Shown here: positions 9,723-20,079 of the stretch, one piece after another | Layout of the letters: every line of letters starts with the position of its first letter | Numbering within the stretch: position 1 is the stretch's first letter | Assembly (NCBI GenBank): GCA_963715195.1 | Contig: CAVQRT010000007.1 | Span: 256,001 to 320,000, forward strand | DNA length: 64,000 nucleotides | Source of the DNA: Thermodesulfovibrionales bacterium | Lineage (GTDB): Bacteria > Nitrospirota > Thermodesulfovibrionia > Thermodesulfovibrionales > SM23-35 | Reading direction: 5' to 3' | Position numbers and translations under genes: made by a program | Notes under the pieces: model-generated | Database searches by the model: none | Told to the model about the DNA's origin: nothing | What the model saw: the letters and a program-made list of their open reading frames with translations, nothing else

Positions 9723-10414
9723 ACATCCTCCTCCGGTATAGTGTGTCCGCATTCAAGTATTTCGAGAACTTTCTGCGCATCATTCCATGTAAGCCATTTA
9801 TCTTTGGGATTCCTCATAAGATACGCAGGGTGAAATGTCGGGACTAACGGAATTCCCCGGTAGTCGAAGACTTTTCCCCGTATCATGGTAATTTTCAGCT
9901 TTTCATTTCCCGTCAGGGTTGATACAGCTATCCGGCCGAGGGTCATAATAATATCCGGCCTGATAATATCAATCTGCCTTTCAAGGAAACCCGTGCATTG
10001 CTCCATTTCGTCCTTTTCCGGATCACGGTTCATCGGAGGCCTGCATTTCACGATGTTCGCAATATAAACCTCTTCCCGTTTCAATCCCATTTTTTCAATA
10101 AGCCTCGTAAGGAGCATCCCGGCTTCCCCGACAAAGGGTCTCGCCTGGATGTCCTCCTCTCTTCCCGGTGCTTCACCGATAAACATGAGCCGTGCATCAG
10201 GGTTTCCTTCTCCAAAAACAATGTGAGTCCTCTTTTTTTCAAGCTTGCACCTTTTACAGTCCCCGATCTCCTCCCGCAGATGTTTCATTGCCGTTTCCTT
10301 GTTCACACTCACCGGTCTCCTGCTGCCGCTTTTTAGCCGCAACGGCAGCCGCTCGAATCCCAGGGCCTGATAAAATTTCAAAGCGTTTATTATGTCTCGC
10401 TCTATTCGTGCCAT
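9719..10414 (-). CDS. Uracil-DNA glycosylase, family 4
   Basis: CKRC, GEAPG, PFVG, KCRPP, TFHPAY. Confidence 0.93.
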   Translation of the reverse strand: MARIERDIINALKFYQALGFERLPLRLKSGSRRPVSVNKETAMKHLREEIGDCKRCKLEKKRTHIVFGEGNPDARLMFIGEAPGREEDIQARPFVGEAGMLLTRLIEKMGLKREEVYIANIVKCRPPMNRDPEKDEMEQCTGFLERQIDIIRPDIIMTLGRIAVSTLTGNEKLKITMIRGKVFDYRGIPLVPTFHPAYLMRNPKDKWLTWNDAQKVLEILECGHTIPEEDV

Positions 10415-10429
10415 AAATACTTTAACTCC

Positions 10430-11281
10430 TCACCGTTCTCCCCATTTCAATTTTGTTCTCAGGATATTGAAGTAATCCCTCTCACATGGAATAAAAAACT
10501 GAGCTTTGAATGCGGATTTCCTGACCTGAACAATATCGTTCTTCCTGAGCGAAAAACCAACCTGGCCGTCCACGGTTAGAAAAACATCTTCAGTCAGAGA
10601 TTTGAGGACAATGTCAACACTCACGCCGTCGGGCAGGACAATCGGCCTGTTCGTAAGCGTATGGGGACATATCGGAGCAAGAATAATGCAGTTCAGCGTT
10701 GGAAATACAATAGGTCCACCCGCAGAGAGGGCATACGCCGTTGATCCTGTCGGCGTTGAGACGATCAGGCCGTCAGCCTTGAATGTTGCGACGTAATCGT
10801 TGTCAATATACGTCTCGAGGTCAATGATCCGTGCAAGAGCGCCCTTGTTGACGACAACATCGTTGACGACCAGGTACTCGGCTATACATTCACTGTGTCT
10901 GAGGACGCATGCGGTCAGCATCATCCTCCCTTCAACAGGACACTGTCCGCTGATCACTTTTTCGAGAACTTCAAAAATCTCTTCTTTCTGAACCGCGGTC
11001 AGAAAGCCGAGACCTCCGATATTGATGCCGAGTATCGGAATGCCTCTTTCTCCAACGAGCCGTGCAACGCTCAACATGGTGCCGTCGCCTCCAAGAACAG
11101 CAATAAAATCAACGAGCGGCGGGATCTGCGAACGCTGATGACCCTCAACATCCAGACCAGACGAGGTTTCGTAATCTACGTAGACTTCACAGCCTATTTT
11201 TCTGAGCCACGGGAGAAGCTCTTTCAGGATTTTCAGCGGCTCAGGATGGCCGGTCTTCGATATGATCCCGATCTTTTTCAT
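10430..11281 (-). CDS. nadK: NAD kinase
   Basis: GGDGTML, ND, DGLIVSTPTGSTAYALSAGGP. Confidence 0.95.
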   Translation of the reverse strand: MKKIGIISKTGHPEPLKILKELLPWLRKIGCEVYVDYETSSGLDVEGHQRSQIPPLVDFIAVLGGDGTMLSVARLVGERGIPILGINIGGLGFLTAVQKEEIFEVLEKVISGQCPVEGRMMLTACVLRHSECIAEYLVVNDVVVNKGALARIIDLETYIDNDYVATFKADGLIVSTPTGSTAYALSAGGPIVFPTLNCIILAPICPHTLTNRPIVLPDGVSVDIVLKSLTEDVFLTVDGQVGFSLRKNDIVQVRKSAFKAQFFIPCERDYFNILRTKLKWGER

Positions 11282-11699
11282 CCAACCCCTCAATGGTTAT
11301 TTCCCTAACCGTGCCATTCATATCAATCAAAGAGACGGCAATAGCATCTTCCGGCAGCCATCCTTCAGCCTTTTCAGCCCATTCGATGACGGTAATCCCG
11401 TCAACGCCTGGTTGATCCCAGATACCGATTTCGGTCAGTTCTTCGGTCTTTTCAATCCGGTAGAGATCGATATGAGTAAAAGGCGGAGATGTCTCATATT
11501 GTGTAATTATGGTAAAGCTGGCACTGGTAATATCCCGTTCACGAATGCCGAAAGCGCGGGCAATTCCTTTTACCAGCACTGTTTTCCCTGTGCCTAATTC
11601 ACCGTACAGGCATACGAAATCCCCTGGTCTCAGACACCGTCCCAGGCGATACCCGATCTCCATGGTCTCTTCAGGACTATTTGTAATATATTGTTTCAC
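11241..11699 (-). CDS. tsaE: tRNA threonylcarbamoyladenosine biosynthesis ATPase
   Basis: GELGTGKT Walker A, HIDLYR, IEWAE; likely GTG start overlapping upstream stop. Confidence 0.92.
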   Translation of the reverse strand: MKQYITNSPEETMEIGYRLGRCLRPGDFVCLYGELGTGKTVLVKGIARAFGIRERDITSASFTIITQYETSPPFTHIDLYRIEKTEELTEIGIWDQPGVDGITVIEWAEKAEGWLPEDAIAVSLIDMNGTVREITIEGLDEKDRDHIEDRPS

Positions 11700-12391
11700 A
11701 ATGAGAAACATTTTTCAAAGATTCCGATGAACCCCCCCTGTCTTCCGGCATGATTCCCATGATACCGGAAGGAATGAAAATCATGCGGATTACAGCGGGT
11801 GCATTCGGGTGATGTCCAGATGTTCTTCGGGGGAATTCCTTCAGAGAGCGCCTGAAGAATATTCGCCGAAGTGAGATCAAGATAAAATTTGTCGTTCATT
11901 GGTACCACATATTCTCCGGGCCCCGTTGCCGTGAAAACAGCATCTTTGACTTCGGCATCAACACAATAACATTCGCTTCTGATGCTCGGTCCGAACGCCA
12001 TGCAGATATCATGAGGATCCGAGCCGAATTTATCGACCATGAAGGAAAGGGTCTTCTTCATGATCTGAAGGGAAGTTCCCCTCCACCCCGCGTGAACAGC
12101 GCCGACGACAGATTGTGCCCTGTCATGGAGGATCACAGGGACACAATCGGCAACCTGCACACCGATCAGGATACCCCTGTTCCGCGTGACAACGGCATCT
12201 GCCGTCACCGGTGTGCGTTCATCATTGAGCAGCCAAACGATATCGGTATGTGCCTGCAGAGGCATGCAGATATCATCCTGACCGATCGAAAGGAGATTGC
12301 TGATTTTCTGACGGTCAGCACCGAGTGATTTGCGGGTAAAGAATGCCCTCACGCACTCATCAAAAATTTCCGGCAGTATGAGGGTATTCAC
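11696..12391 (-). CDS. pgeF: YfiH/PgeF family protein (purine nucleoside phosphorylase-like)
   Basis: QAH, VADCVPV, HAGWRG, CT, FHSFR motifs. Confidence 0.9.
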   Translation of the reverse strand: MNTLILPEIFDECVRAFFTRKSLGADRQKISNLLSIGQDDICMPLQAHTDIVWLLNDERTPVTADAVVTRNRGILIGVQVADCVPVILHDRAQSVVGAVHAGWRGTSLQIMKKTLSFMVDKFGSDPHDICMAFGPSIRSECYCVDAEVKDAVFTATGPGEYVVPMNDKFYLDLTSANILQALSEGIPPKNIWTSPECTRCNPHDFHSFRYHGNHAGRQGGFIGIFEKCFSL

Positions 12392-12402
12392 GGAATTCAG
12401 GG

Positions 12403-13956
12403 TTACCTCTGTGAGAGGAGAGCATGGAAAGCAGCGGGTAGTTCATCAATGAGGTCTGTAGCAATCAGAGAATGCTGTCCTTTCTTCGATGCAGCGAAAT
12501 CCCCCGCAAGACCATGCAGGTAAACCCCGAGAATGCAAGCGTGAAGCGGATTCCCGGTCTGTCCCAGCAAACCCGAAATCATGCCGGTGAGGACGTCTCC
12601 TGTGCCGGCAGCAGCCATTCCCGGATTCCCCGTGGAATTGACAAAGGCATTCCCCTCCGGAGAAGCAATCACCGTCGGAACACCCTTGAGCACAAGGAAC
12701 GTGTTGGTATCCTGGGCGAAGGAGATTGCCGTATCGATTCTGTTCTTTTCTATATCAGAAATATCCATATCCGAACCCTTCAGGAGGCTTTTCATCTCTC
12801 CAGGATGGGGGGTAAGAATAAGGGGAGCTTTTGCCTTCCTGAGCATTCTTATGTTTCCTGCGAGAGAACTTATCCCGTCGGCATCGATGACGACAGGGCA
12901 CGACGATTCTTTGATCATGTCCCGAAGGATCTTGACCGTATCGTCACTCACACCTATCCCGGGACCGACCGCCACAACAGAAGCCGTCTTGTGAATAAAA
13001 TCAAGAATGTTTTGAGATGCACCCGAGGAAAGAGAGCCGTTCCCTTTATCGGGAAGAATGAATGTCATCTCCTCAGTAAAGCATGACTGAAAAACACCTG
13101 CAAGAGACTCGGGCACACCTACAGTGACCAGACCGGCACCGCTTCGCAGGCAAGCCCTTGCAGCCATCCGTGCTGCCCCTGTCTTTCCGCGCGAACCGGC
13201 AACGATAAGGACATGACCGTACAGCCCCTTGTGTGAATAATTCTCCCGAAGAGGGATAAGGCTCGATGCATATGTTTTTTCAAGATATTCAACATTCAAA
13301 TGTTCTGATGTGATCAGGGTGCGGGGAAAGCCGATATCCTCGACAGAGAGCTCCCCCGAGAATGCAGCGCCGGGATGCAACAGATGCCCTCTTTTCGGAA
13401 GGCCAAAAGTGACTGTGTAATCAGCCTTCACTGCGTTTCCCAGAACCTGTCCATTGTCCGATGAAATTCCGGAAGGGATGTCGACAGAGAGAACAGGAAG
13501 CCCTGTTTTGTTGATCAGGCTGATTGCATCCGACAGGGTGCCGGTGACCGGCTTATTCAGGCCTGTACCAAGCATTGCATCAATGATTAACGTGTGTCGG
13601 CTAAAAATTGATACATGATGTAAAAAAAGCTCCCCAATCCTGTACATCGATACACCGAACTGTTCTGCTGCTTTATACTGAACCATTGCGTTACTGCTGA
13701 AATGCTCTGGTTCCGCCGTCAGGAAAACGCTCACGTCCCAACCATTATTATGGAGATGCCGTGCAGCAACAAGACCGTCGCCGCCGTTGTTTCCGCTCCC
13801 TGATATCACAATTATTTTTTTTCGGCCGAACAATTCGCTGACCCTCCGCGTAACAGCAAGCCCTGCCCTTTCCATGAGTACGGGACCGGACACGCAGAAT
13901 TCCTGGATGGTCTTCGTGTCGATATCCTTCATTTCCCGTGCCGTTACGACTTTCAT
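12403..13956 (-). CDS. nnr: Bifunctional NAD(P)H-hydrate epimerase/dehydratase
   Basis: LMERAG, GNNGGDG, DIPSG, TPHPGE, AGTGDVLTG. Confidence 0.95.
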   Translation of the reverse strand: MKVVTAREMKDIDTKTIQEFCVSGPVLMERAGLAVTRRVSELFGRKKIIVISGSGNNGGDGLVAARHLHNNGWDVSVFLTAEPEHFSSNAMVQYKAAEQFGVSMYRIGELFLHHVSIFSRHTLIIDAMLGTGLNKPVTGTLSDAISLINKTGLPVLSVDIPSGISSDNGQVLGNAVKADYTVTFGLPKRGHLLHPGAAFSGELSVEDIGFPRTLITSEHLNVEYLEKTYASSLIPLRENYSHKGLYGHVLIVAGSRGKTGAARMAARACLRSGAGLVTVGVPESLAGVFQSCFTEEMTFILPDKGNGSLSSGASQNILDFIHKTASVVAVGPGIGVSDDTVKILRDMIKESSCPVVIDADGISSLAGNIRMLRKAKAPLILTPHPGEMKSLLKGSDMDISDIEKNRIDTAISFAQDTNTFLVLKGVPTVIASPEGNAFVNSTGNPGMAAAGTGDVLTGMISGLLGQTGNPLHACILGVYLHGLAGDFAASKKGQHSLIATDLIDELPAAFHALLSQR

Positions 13957-14044
13957 AGAACAAATTATAGCACCAGTTTCATAAATCGTGCCTGTCCATA
14001 AGAGGGTTTACATTATTTATGATAGAATAAAGGTTCTCTTTACC

Positions 14045-15829
14045 ATGAAAAACATACGCAACTTTTCCATAATAGCCCATATTGATCACGGGAAGTCGAC
14101 CCTCGCCGACAGGCTCCTTGAATATACCGGTGCGCTCAGCGAGCGTGAAATGACTGCTCAGGTCCTGGATTCCATGGATCTCGAACGGGAACGGGGTATA
14201 ACCATTAAAGCCCATGCCGTGAGACTGAAATACACAGCTGAAAACGGAAAAACGTATATCCTCAATCTCATCGATACCCCCGGGCACGTTGATTTTTCCT
14301 ACGAGGTTTCACGTAGTCTTGCTTCATGTGAGGGCGCTCTTCTCGTGGTTGATGCTTCACAGGGCGTGGAGGCACAGACCCTTGCCAACGCATATCATGC
14401 ACTGGAACATAATCTTGAGATCGTCCCGGTCATCAATAAGATAGATCTCCCTTCTGCAGACCCCGAGGCGACAAAGAATCAAATAGAGGACACGATCGGC
14501 ATTGACTGTTCAGATGCGATCCTCACGAGCGCCAAAGAAGGCACGGGCACTCTTGAGATTCTCGAGGCCATCGTGAACAGGATCCCACCCCCGGGAGGAA
14601 ATGATGCGAAACCGCTGAAAGCCTTGCTCTTTGACTCATGGTTTGATAATTTTCAGGGAGTTATTGTCCTGGTGAGGGTTTTTGACGGAAAAATCGGCGC
14701 TGGAACCCGTATTCAGCTTATGTCATCCGGAAAGTGCTTCGAAGTCTCGCAGGTGGGTATTTTTTCCCCCAAGATGGAATCCGTGCATGAACTCTCATCT
14801 GGTGATGTTGGTTATGTCATTGCCGGGATAAAGCAGGTTACGGACACAAAAATCGGGGATACCATAACAAATGCAGACAATCCTGCACAGGAGCCATGCC
14901 CCGGATACAAAGATATCAAGCCTTTGGTCTTCTGTGGTCTGTATCCCACCCAGTCACACCAGTACGAAAATCTCAGGGATGCCCTGAACAAGCTGAGACT
15001 GAATGATTCATCCTTCATATATGAACCCGAAACGTCGCTCGCGCTTGGATTCGGTTTCAGATGCGGCTTTCTTGGTTTACTGCACATGGAGATCATAAAG
15101 GAGAGGCTTGAACGGGAATTCGACCTGTCACTCCTGAGCACGGCACCCACCGTCGTATACAGGGTAACACAAACGAATCAGGATATCTCGTACATCGAAA
15201 ATCCGGCATTGCTTCCTGAAAGGTATGAGAAGATAGAAGAGCCCTTTGTCCTGGTAACGATTTTTGTTCCGTCTGATTTTATCGGCCCTATTCTTGACCT
15301 CTGCCAGGAAAAGAGAGGCATTCAGAAAAGTTTCGCCTATATCGGAAAAGACAGGCTGAAGATCGAATATGAACTGCCTTTAAATGAAATCCTGTGGGAT
15401 TTCTATGACAGATTGAAGTCCCTCTCGAGGGGATATGCATCGATGGACTATGACTTCATCGGTTACCGGGAATCGCATCTCATCAAGCTGCATATTCTTC
15501 TGAATGGCGAAGTCGTCGACGCCCTTTCACTGATTGTCCATGCCGACAAAGCTTATTACAAAGGCCGCGAACTGACTGAAAAACTGAGAGAGCTCATACC
15601 GAGGCAGATGTTCGAGGTCGTCATACAGGCCGCAATGGGAAACAAGATCATTGCCAGGGAAAGCGTACGCGCACTCAGGAAAGATGTTATTGCCAAGTGC
15701 TACGGGGGTGATATAACCCGGAAGAGGAAGCTGCTGGAGAAGCAGAGGGAAGGGAAGAAAAGGATGAAGCAATTCGGAAAAGTTGAACTTCCGCAGGAGG
15801 CATTTCTGGCGGTGCTCAAAGTGAAATAA
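14045..15829 (+). CDS. lepA: Elongation factor 4
   Basis: [23 protein letters not shown] ... [17 protein letters not shown]. Confidence 0.98.
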   Translation: MKNIRNFSIIAHIDHGKSTLADRLLEYTGALSEREMTAQVLDSMDLERERGITIKAHAVRLKYTAENGKTYILNLIDTPGHVDFSYEVSRSLASCEGALLVVDASQGVEAQTLANAYHALEHNLEIVPVINKIDLPSADPEATKNQIEDTIGIDCSDAILTSAKEGTGTLEILEAIVNRIPPPGGNDAKPLKALLFDSWFDNFQGVIVLVRVFDGKIGAGTRIQLMSSGKCFEVSQVGIFSPKMESVHELSSGDVGYVIAGIKQVTDTKIGDTITNADNPAQEPCPGYKDIKPLVFCGLYPTQSHQYENLRDALNKLRLNDSSFIYEPETSLALGFGFRCGFLGLLHMEIIKERLEREFDLSLLSTAPTVVYRVTQTNQDISYIENPALLPERYEKIEEPFVLVTIFVPSDFIGPILDLCQEKRGIQKSFAYIGKDRLKIEYELPLNEILWDFYDRLKSLSRGYASMDYDFIGYRESHLIKLHILLNGEVVDALSLIVHADKAYYKGRELTEKLRELIPRQMFEVVIQAAMGNKIIARESVRALRKDVIAKCYGGDITRKRKLLEKQREGKKRMKQFGKVELPQEAFLAVLKVK

Positions 15830-15838
15830 TACGTATAA

Positions 15839-15924
15839 GGGTTCGAGGATTCGAGTGAAAACTAAAAGGATTGCAGAGGACACCAATCAAACACATACCC
15901 TGGCATCCTTGAAACCCGGGATCT
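15839..15924. repeat. Degenerate 8-mer tandem/inverted element overlapping the hemW 5' end
   Basis: GGGTTCGA GGATTCGA ... TGGCATCC TTGAAACC CGGGATCT; same unit as 22724-22815 and 48014-48082. Confidence 0.55.
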
Positions 15925-17102
15925 CTGAAAAATCTTTACAACCTTCTTCGCTTTACATCCATATTCCTTTCTGTTTACGTAAATGTGCTTATTGTGACTT
16001 TTTTTCTGTTCCATATGATGAATCATTCGCATACGCCTACACCAATGCGCTCTGTAAGGAACTGTACCTCAAACGTGCGAGTGCGGACAGACTGAAGACG
16101 GTTTACCTTGGCGGCGGCACCCCTTCACTGCTCCCTGACAGCTGTTTCAACCGGATCTTCTCATGCCTGAAAAATAACTTCCACTTTACTCGAGATGCCG
16201 AAATTTCTGTTGAAGCAAATCCCGGCACCCTTACCCAATCAAAAGTCGATCTCCTTGTTTCGCTCGGGGTAAATAGAATGAGCTTGGGGATTCAATCGCT
16301 CAGTGATAGTGAACTCAAGATTCTTGGCAGGATTCATGCCGCTGATGATGCCATTCGTTCTTTGGACATGATGCGAATTTCAGGTCTCCGCAATGTTTCG
16401 ATCGATCTCATGTACGGAATTCCGGGACAGTCGTTGGATTCATGGCACGAGACAATTGTCCGATCAGTCGAATATCTGCCGAAGCACATCTCGGCATATG
16501 AATTGACTCTCGAAGAAGGAACGCGTTTGTACAATGAAATAAAAAATCCTCCCTCTTTTTTAAAAGGGGGAAAGGAAAGATTTTTAGATGAATTTAAAAT
16601 GCCCCATGAGGACATTATCCTCGACATGTATGACCAAACAATCGATCATCTTCAAAGATCCGGCTATACACAGTATGAGATATCAAATTTTGCACAATCA
16701 GGCTTTCGGTGCCTCCACAATCTGAATTACTGGGAGAGAGGCGAATATATCGGAGCAGGTGCAGGAGCTCATTCTTTCCTCCAGGGGAAACGTTCAGTGA
16801 ACGTAAAAGACATTCATGATTATATTGAACGACTGAACAGCAACCAGCAGCCTGAAAGGGAATCAACGATGATCCCGCCTGCAGAAATTCTGAAAGAGTT
16901 TCTTTTCCTCGGATTGCGGGTTACAGAGGGCATTTGCATTACCGACGCAAAAAATCTTGGACTGGATATCGTCAGCGCTGTGGGGGAACTGGTTCAGGCA
17001 GGCTACCTCGCGGTAGAAAACGATTCTGTCAGATTTACAAGAAAGGGAATCGTTCTGTCAAATTCCATATACATCAGAATATTCGAGAAATTGGGGCTCT
17101 AA
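15855..17102 (+). CDS. hemW: Radical SAM heme chaperone HemW (HemN-like)
   Basis: LYIHIPFCLRKCAYCDF, GGGTPS, YEISNF, HNLNYW (HNxxYW). Confidence 0.92.
   Translation: MKTKRIAEDTNQTHTLASLKPGISEKSLQPSSLYIHIPFCLRKCAYCDFFSVPYDESFAYAYTNALCKELYLKRASADRLKTVYLGGGTPSLLPDSCFNRIFSCLKNNFHFTRDAEISVEANPGTLTQSKVDLLVSLGVNRMSLGIQSLSDSELKILGRIHAADDAIRSLDMMRISGLRNVSIDLMYGIPGQSLDSWHETIVRSVEYLPKHISAYELTLEEGTRLYNEIKNPPSFLKGGKERFLDEFKMPHEDIILDMYDQTIDHLQRSGYTQYEISNFAQSGFRCLHNLNYWERGEYIGAGAGAHSFLQGKRSVNVKDIHDYIERLNSNQQPERESTMIPPAEILKEFLFLGLRVTEGICITDAKNLGLDIVSAVGELVQAGYLAVENDSVRFTRKGIVLSNSIYIRIFEKLGL
16542..16585. repeat. Short palindromic insert inside hemW
   Basis: AAAAATC CT CCCTCTTTT TT AAAAGGGGG AAAGG AAA GATTTTT; translated as KNPPSFLKGGKERFL. 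Confidence 0.55.
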
Positions 17103-17181
17103 AAACTCATATTAATGGTGTCGCGTGTTCTGTTGACAAAGCATCGCCGTTCACATAATATCTCAGCTAAGGAGGTTAACC

Positions 17182-17586
17182 ATGAAAATTGTCGAGATAA
17201 TGACCAAGAAATTAGAAACCATAGAGGCTGATGCCCCGATTTATGATGCAATAGAAAAGATGATCGACAGGAGGATTCGATCTTTACTCATAAAGCCCAC
17301 TGATGAGAGGGATGTTTATGGTGTCATCACCGTGAGGGATATCGTCAATAAAGCACTTGCAAAGAATCTCGATCTGAACAAAACAAAGGTAAATGAGGTT
17401 ACATCAAAGCCCCTGGTTTGCGTTGATAAAGGCATGGATATCGACCATGCCATTACTCTCATGAATAAATTCAACATTTCCCGCGTTTTTGTGAATGACG
17501 GCAAGGAAATCATCGGTATTATTTCTTTGCTGGATGTCCTGTCTGCCGAGCTGATCAAGAGGGCACGAGAGGGTCATCGTGCTTGA
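17182..17586 (+). CDS. CBS-domain pair protein
   Basis: V.EIMTK, GVITVRDI, GIISLLDVL; AGGAGG RBS. Confidence 0.9.
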   Translation: MKIVEIMTKKLETIEADAPIYDAIEKMIDRRIRSLLIKPTDERDVYGVITVRDIVNKALAKNLDLNKTKVNEVTSKPLVCVDKGMDIDHAITLMNKFNISRVFVNDGKEIIGIISLLDVLSAELIKRAREGHRA

Positions 17587-18211
17587 GAAAATCTTCTTTG
17601 GCAGTAAAAAAGAACAGAACGTCATAGAAAAAATAAAGAAGCATATACTAATCCTCCATGATGCTGCGCACTGTTTTAAAAAAGCGATAGAAGAACAGGA
17701 TAAGGAGCAGCTGTACTGCGTTCCTGATCTCGAACGGGAGGCTGACAGCATAAGGAGAGAGATTATTTCCATGATCTATGAAGGTGCTTTCCTCCCGTAT
17801 CTCCGTTCCAATCTATGCAGGTTTGTTGAGATCGTAGAGAAAGCCTTTGATCTGCTTAAAGATGCCGCTTCTGAATTCGAAAATATGGGGCAGGAATTGG
17901 ATCAAGAGATAGAAGAAGAATGTATTAAGGTTGCTGATAGGAACATGAAAATGATCGATATGCTCCTGATTGCCTTTGAAACATTATTTGGCAAAGGCGA
18001 CTTGAGGGATAAAACCCTGGCTATAAGAATCTTTGAGAAACAGGTCGATGAAATAAAATTTGACCTGATAAAAAAACTGATCGGGAAAGAGGTCAGAAAC
18101 TTCTGGCATGGCAAGATGCTCTCTGACTTTGTAACGTCTCTCACGGAAATCAGCAACGTTATTGAGGACGCCAGTGATTATCTTATCATCATTAAGGTAA
18201 GCCTGAGATAA
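17579..18211 (+). CDS. DUF47 (PhoU-like) phosphate transport accessory protein
   Basis: LEREADSIRREI, EKQVD, NVIEDASD; upstream of a Pit transporter. Confidence 0.85.
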   Translation: MLEKIFFGSKKEQNVIEKIKKHILILHDAAHCFKKAIEEQDKEQLYCVPDLEREADSIRREIISMIYEGAFLPYLRSNLCRFVEIVEKAFDLLKDAASEFENMGQELDQEIEEECIKVADRNMKMIDMLLIAFETLFGKGDLRDKTLAIRIFEKQVDEIKFDLIKKLIGKEVRNFWHGKMLSDFVTSLTEISNVIEDASDYLIIIKVSLR

Positions 18212-18243
18212 CAGCATATGAGTCTGCATGTTTCCTCCGCTCA

Positions 18244-19176
18244 ATGACAGACCTGATACCCCTTGCGGCCTGCATCCTTATAGCCTTCGGGATCGGTTCC
18301 AACGATACTTCAAATGCGCTCGGTATTTCTATCGGATGCGGCATCATACGGTTAAAGAAAGCTTTACTGCTCTTTGGATGCTTCGTCGCGCTCGGGATAC
18401 TGCTGCAAGGCCACAAGGTCATGGAGACAGTCGGAAAGAATCTGCTGGACGTCACTCCTCCGATCATGAGCATAGCATTATCAGTGTCAGCCGTATTGAT
18501 AATTCTCTCCAACTGGAAGAAACTGCCCCTTTCAACCCACCAGGTCATAATTGGGAGTTTAACCGGTGCGGGAGTCGCCTCCGGGGTTCCAGTATCTTTT
18601 CTCTCCCTCCTGCAGATCTTTCTCTCGTGGCTCATTTCTCCACTTGTTGCTTTTTTCTCTTCCCTGTTCCTGTACAGAGCCATGGAAAAGACCATTTCAA
18701 GGCTTTCATTCTTTGACATAGAGAAAATGTTACGGGTTCTTCTGCTCCTGAGCGGCATATTGATCTCCTACAATACAGGCGCGAATGAACTTGCAACCAT
18801 TGCAGGTCCGGCCATCCATTCCGGGTTGATCGCAAAAACTCCGGCATCCCTCATAGGTTCGCTCTTTGTATTTCTTGGTGCAGTTCTGCTCAGTAAACGG
18901 GTAATAGAGACCATAGGGAAAGGAATTACCACCCTGGATCCTTATTCAGGCTTTGCAGCGCAGTTCGGGGCAGGTATCTGCGTATTATTCTTTACGGCTC
19001 TCGGAATGCCTGTATCGACGACTTACTGCATTATCGGTGGAATAAGCGGTGTCGGGATGTCAAAGGGGATGAAAACAATCAGGCTTGATCTCATCAGGAA
19101 GATTATCACAAACTGGTTTCTGGCGCCGACATTCGCATTTCTGATCAGCTATATGCTTATGGAGATAATTTTCTGA
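18244..19176 (+). CDS. Inorganic phosphate transporter (PiT family)
   Basis: GSNDTSN, PLSTHQ, GANELA, PVSTT repeated motifs. Confidence 0.88.
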   Translation: MTDLIPLAACILIAFGIGSNDTSNALGISIGCGIIRLKKALLLFGCFVALGILLQGHKVMETVGKNLLDVTPPIMSIALSVSAVLIILSNWKKLPLSTHQVIIGSLTGAGVASGVPVSFLSLLQIFLSWLISPLVAFFSSLFLYRAMEKTISRLSFFDIEKMLRVLLLLSGILISYNTGANELATIAGPAIHSGLIAKTPASLIGSLFVFLGAVLLSKRVIETIGKGITTLDPYSGFAAQFGAGICVLFFTALGMPVSTTYCIIGGISGVGMSKGMKTIRLDLIRKIITNWFLAPTFAFLISYMLMEIIF

Positions 19177-19192
19177 AATGCGTTTTTCCCAC

Positions 19193-19765
19193 CTACCCAT
19201 ATAACTTATCCATCACCCACGCCATATTCTCTCCAAGGTCCCTGAAGGTTCCGATACCTTCTTTATCCTTGAGCACATCTCCCGGATCGAGTCCTACACC
19301 GAGGTTCCAGTATGAAGAGCCGGGAACAATCATGTGATTGATACCAAAAAAGTAATTGATGCTCGAATAGACATGAACCGCACCGGCCCGTCTGACCGCA
19401 ACCACCGCCGCCCCTGCCTTTCTTTTCAGAAGGTAATCGTTTGCGATGGCAACAAGCCCTGCCCTGTCAATGAGCGCTTTTACTTCGGGAGTAACATTCG
19501 CGAAGTACGTGGGGGATCCGATGATGATGCCGTCCGCATCGATCATCCTCTCCATGAGGAGATTGAAGCCGTCCTTTTGTATACACTTACGATTTTTCTT
19601 CTCAAAACATTTAAAGCATGCCCTGCACGCTTTAATATCAGAACCGCCGAGCTGGATGAGATCTGTCTCTATACCTTCCTTCTGGAGAACTTCCAAGACT
19701 ATCTGTATGCAGTGATGGGTATTTCCCTTCTTACGCGGACTGCCGTTAAATGCAATAACCTTCAT
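19193..19765 (-). CDS. Iron-sulfur flavoprotein / NADPH-dependent FMN reductase family
   Basis: NGSPRKKGNT, CxxCxxC-x7-C, GSPTYF, KALIDR. Confidence 0.9.
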   Translation of the reverse strand: MKVIAFNGSPRKKGNTHHCIQIVLEVLQKEGIETDLIQLGGSDIKACRACFKCFEKKNRKCIQKDGFNLLMERMIDADGIIIGSPTYFANVTPEVKALIDRAGLVAIANDYLLKRKAGAAVVAVRRAGAVHVYSSINYFFGINHMIVPGSSYWNLGVGLDPGDVLKDKEGIGTFRDLGENMAWVMDKLYG

Positions 19766-19904
19766 GTTCTCCCTCCCAGGGTAATAGAATAATCAATTAT
19801 AATATCCTAACAGTTCATGAAGCACAATCTCGCAAGAACCTGATCGATAAAAAGTAGTAAAATACGTAAACTGTTATGCTGTTGTTCAGGGAGAAAGAAC
19901 TATC

Positions 19905-20048
19905 ATGAAAGATTGGGATTGGATCATCGGTTTGGCACTCCTCGTTGCATGGCTTGTTCTGATGCTTGTTGTGTTCCCGAAGCTGGGGGTGCCCACCTGA
20001 CGGACGATTCATCAGAAGGATTCGGGAAATCCTAAGAAGAAGTGCTGA
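19905..20048 (+). CDS. Putative 47-aa single-TM selenoprotein (31 aa if UGA 19998-20000 is a stop)
   Basis: AGGGAG RBS; MKDWDWIIGLALLVAWLVLMLVVFPKLGVPT-(UGA)-RTIHQKDSGNPKKKC; hairpin AGGATT-CGGGA-AATCCT beginning 16 nt after the UGA. Confidence 0.55.
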
Positions 20049-20079
20049 TCTTGTTCATAGGGCGAAGTGGCCTTACTCA

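Noticed and set aside
20046..20076. Second possible Sec readthrough (TGC-TGA-TCT-TGT, C-U-S-C) with hairpin TAGGGC/GCCTTA
   Set aside because: Only three codons follow before TAG and the stem is weak; cannot be told from chance without homologs.
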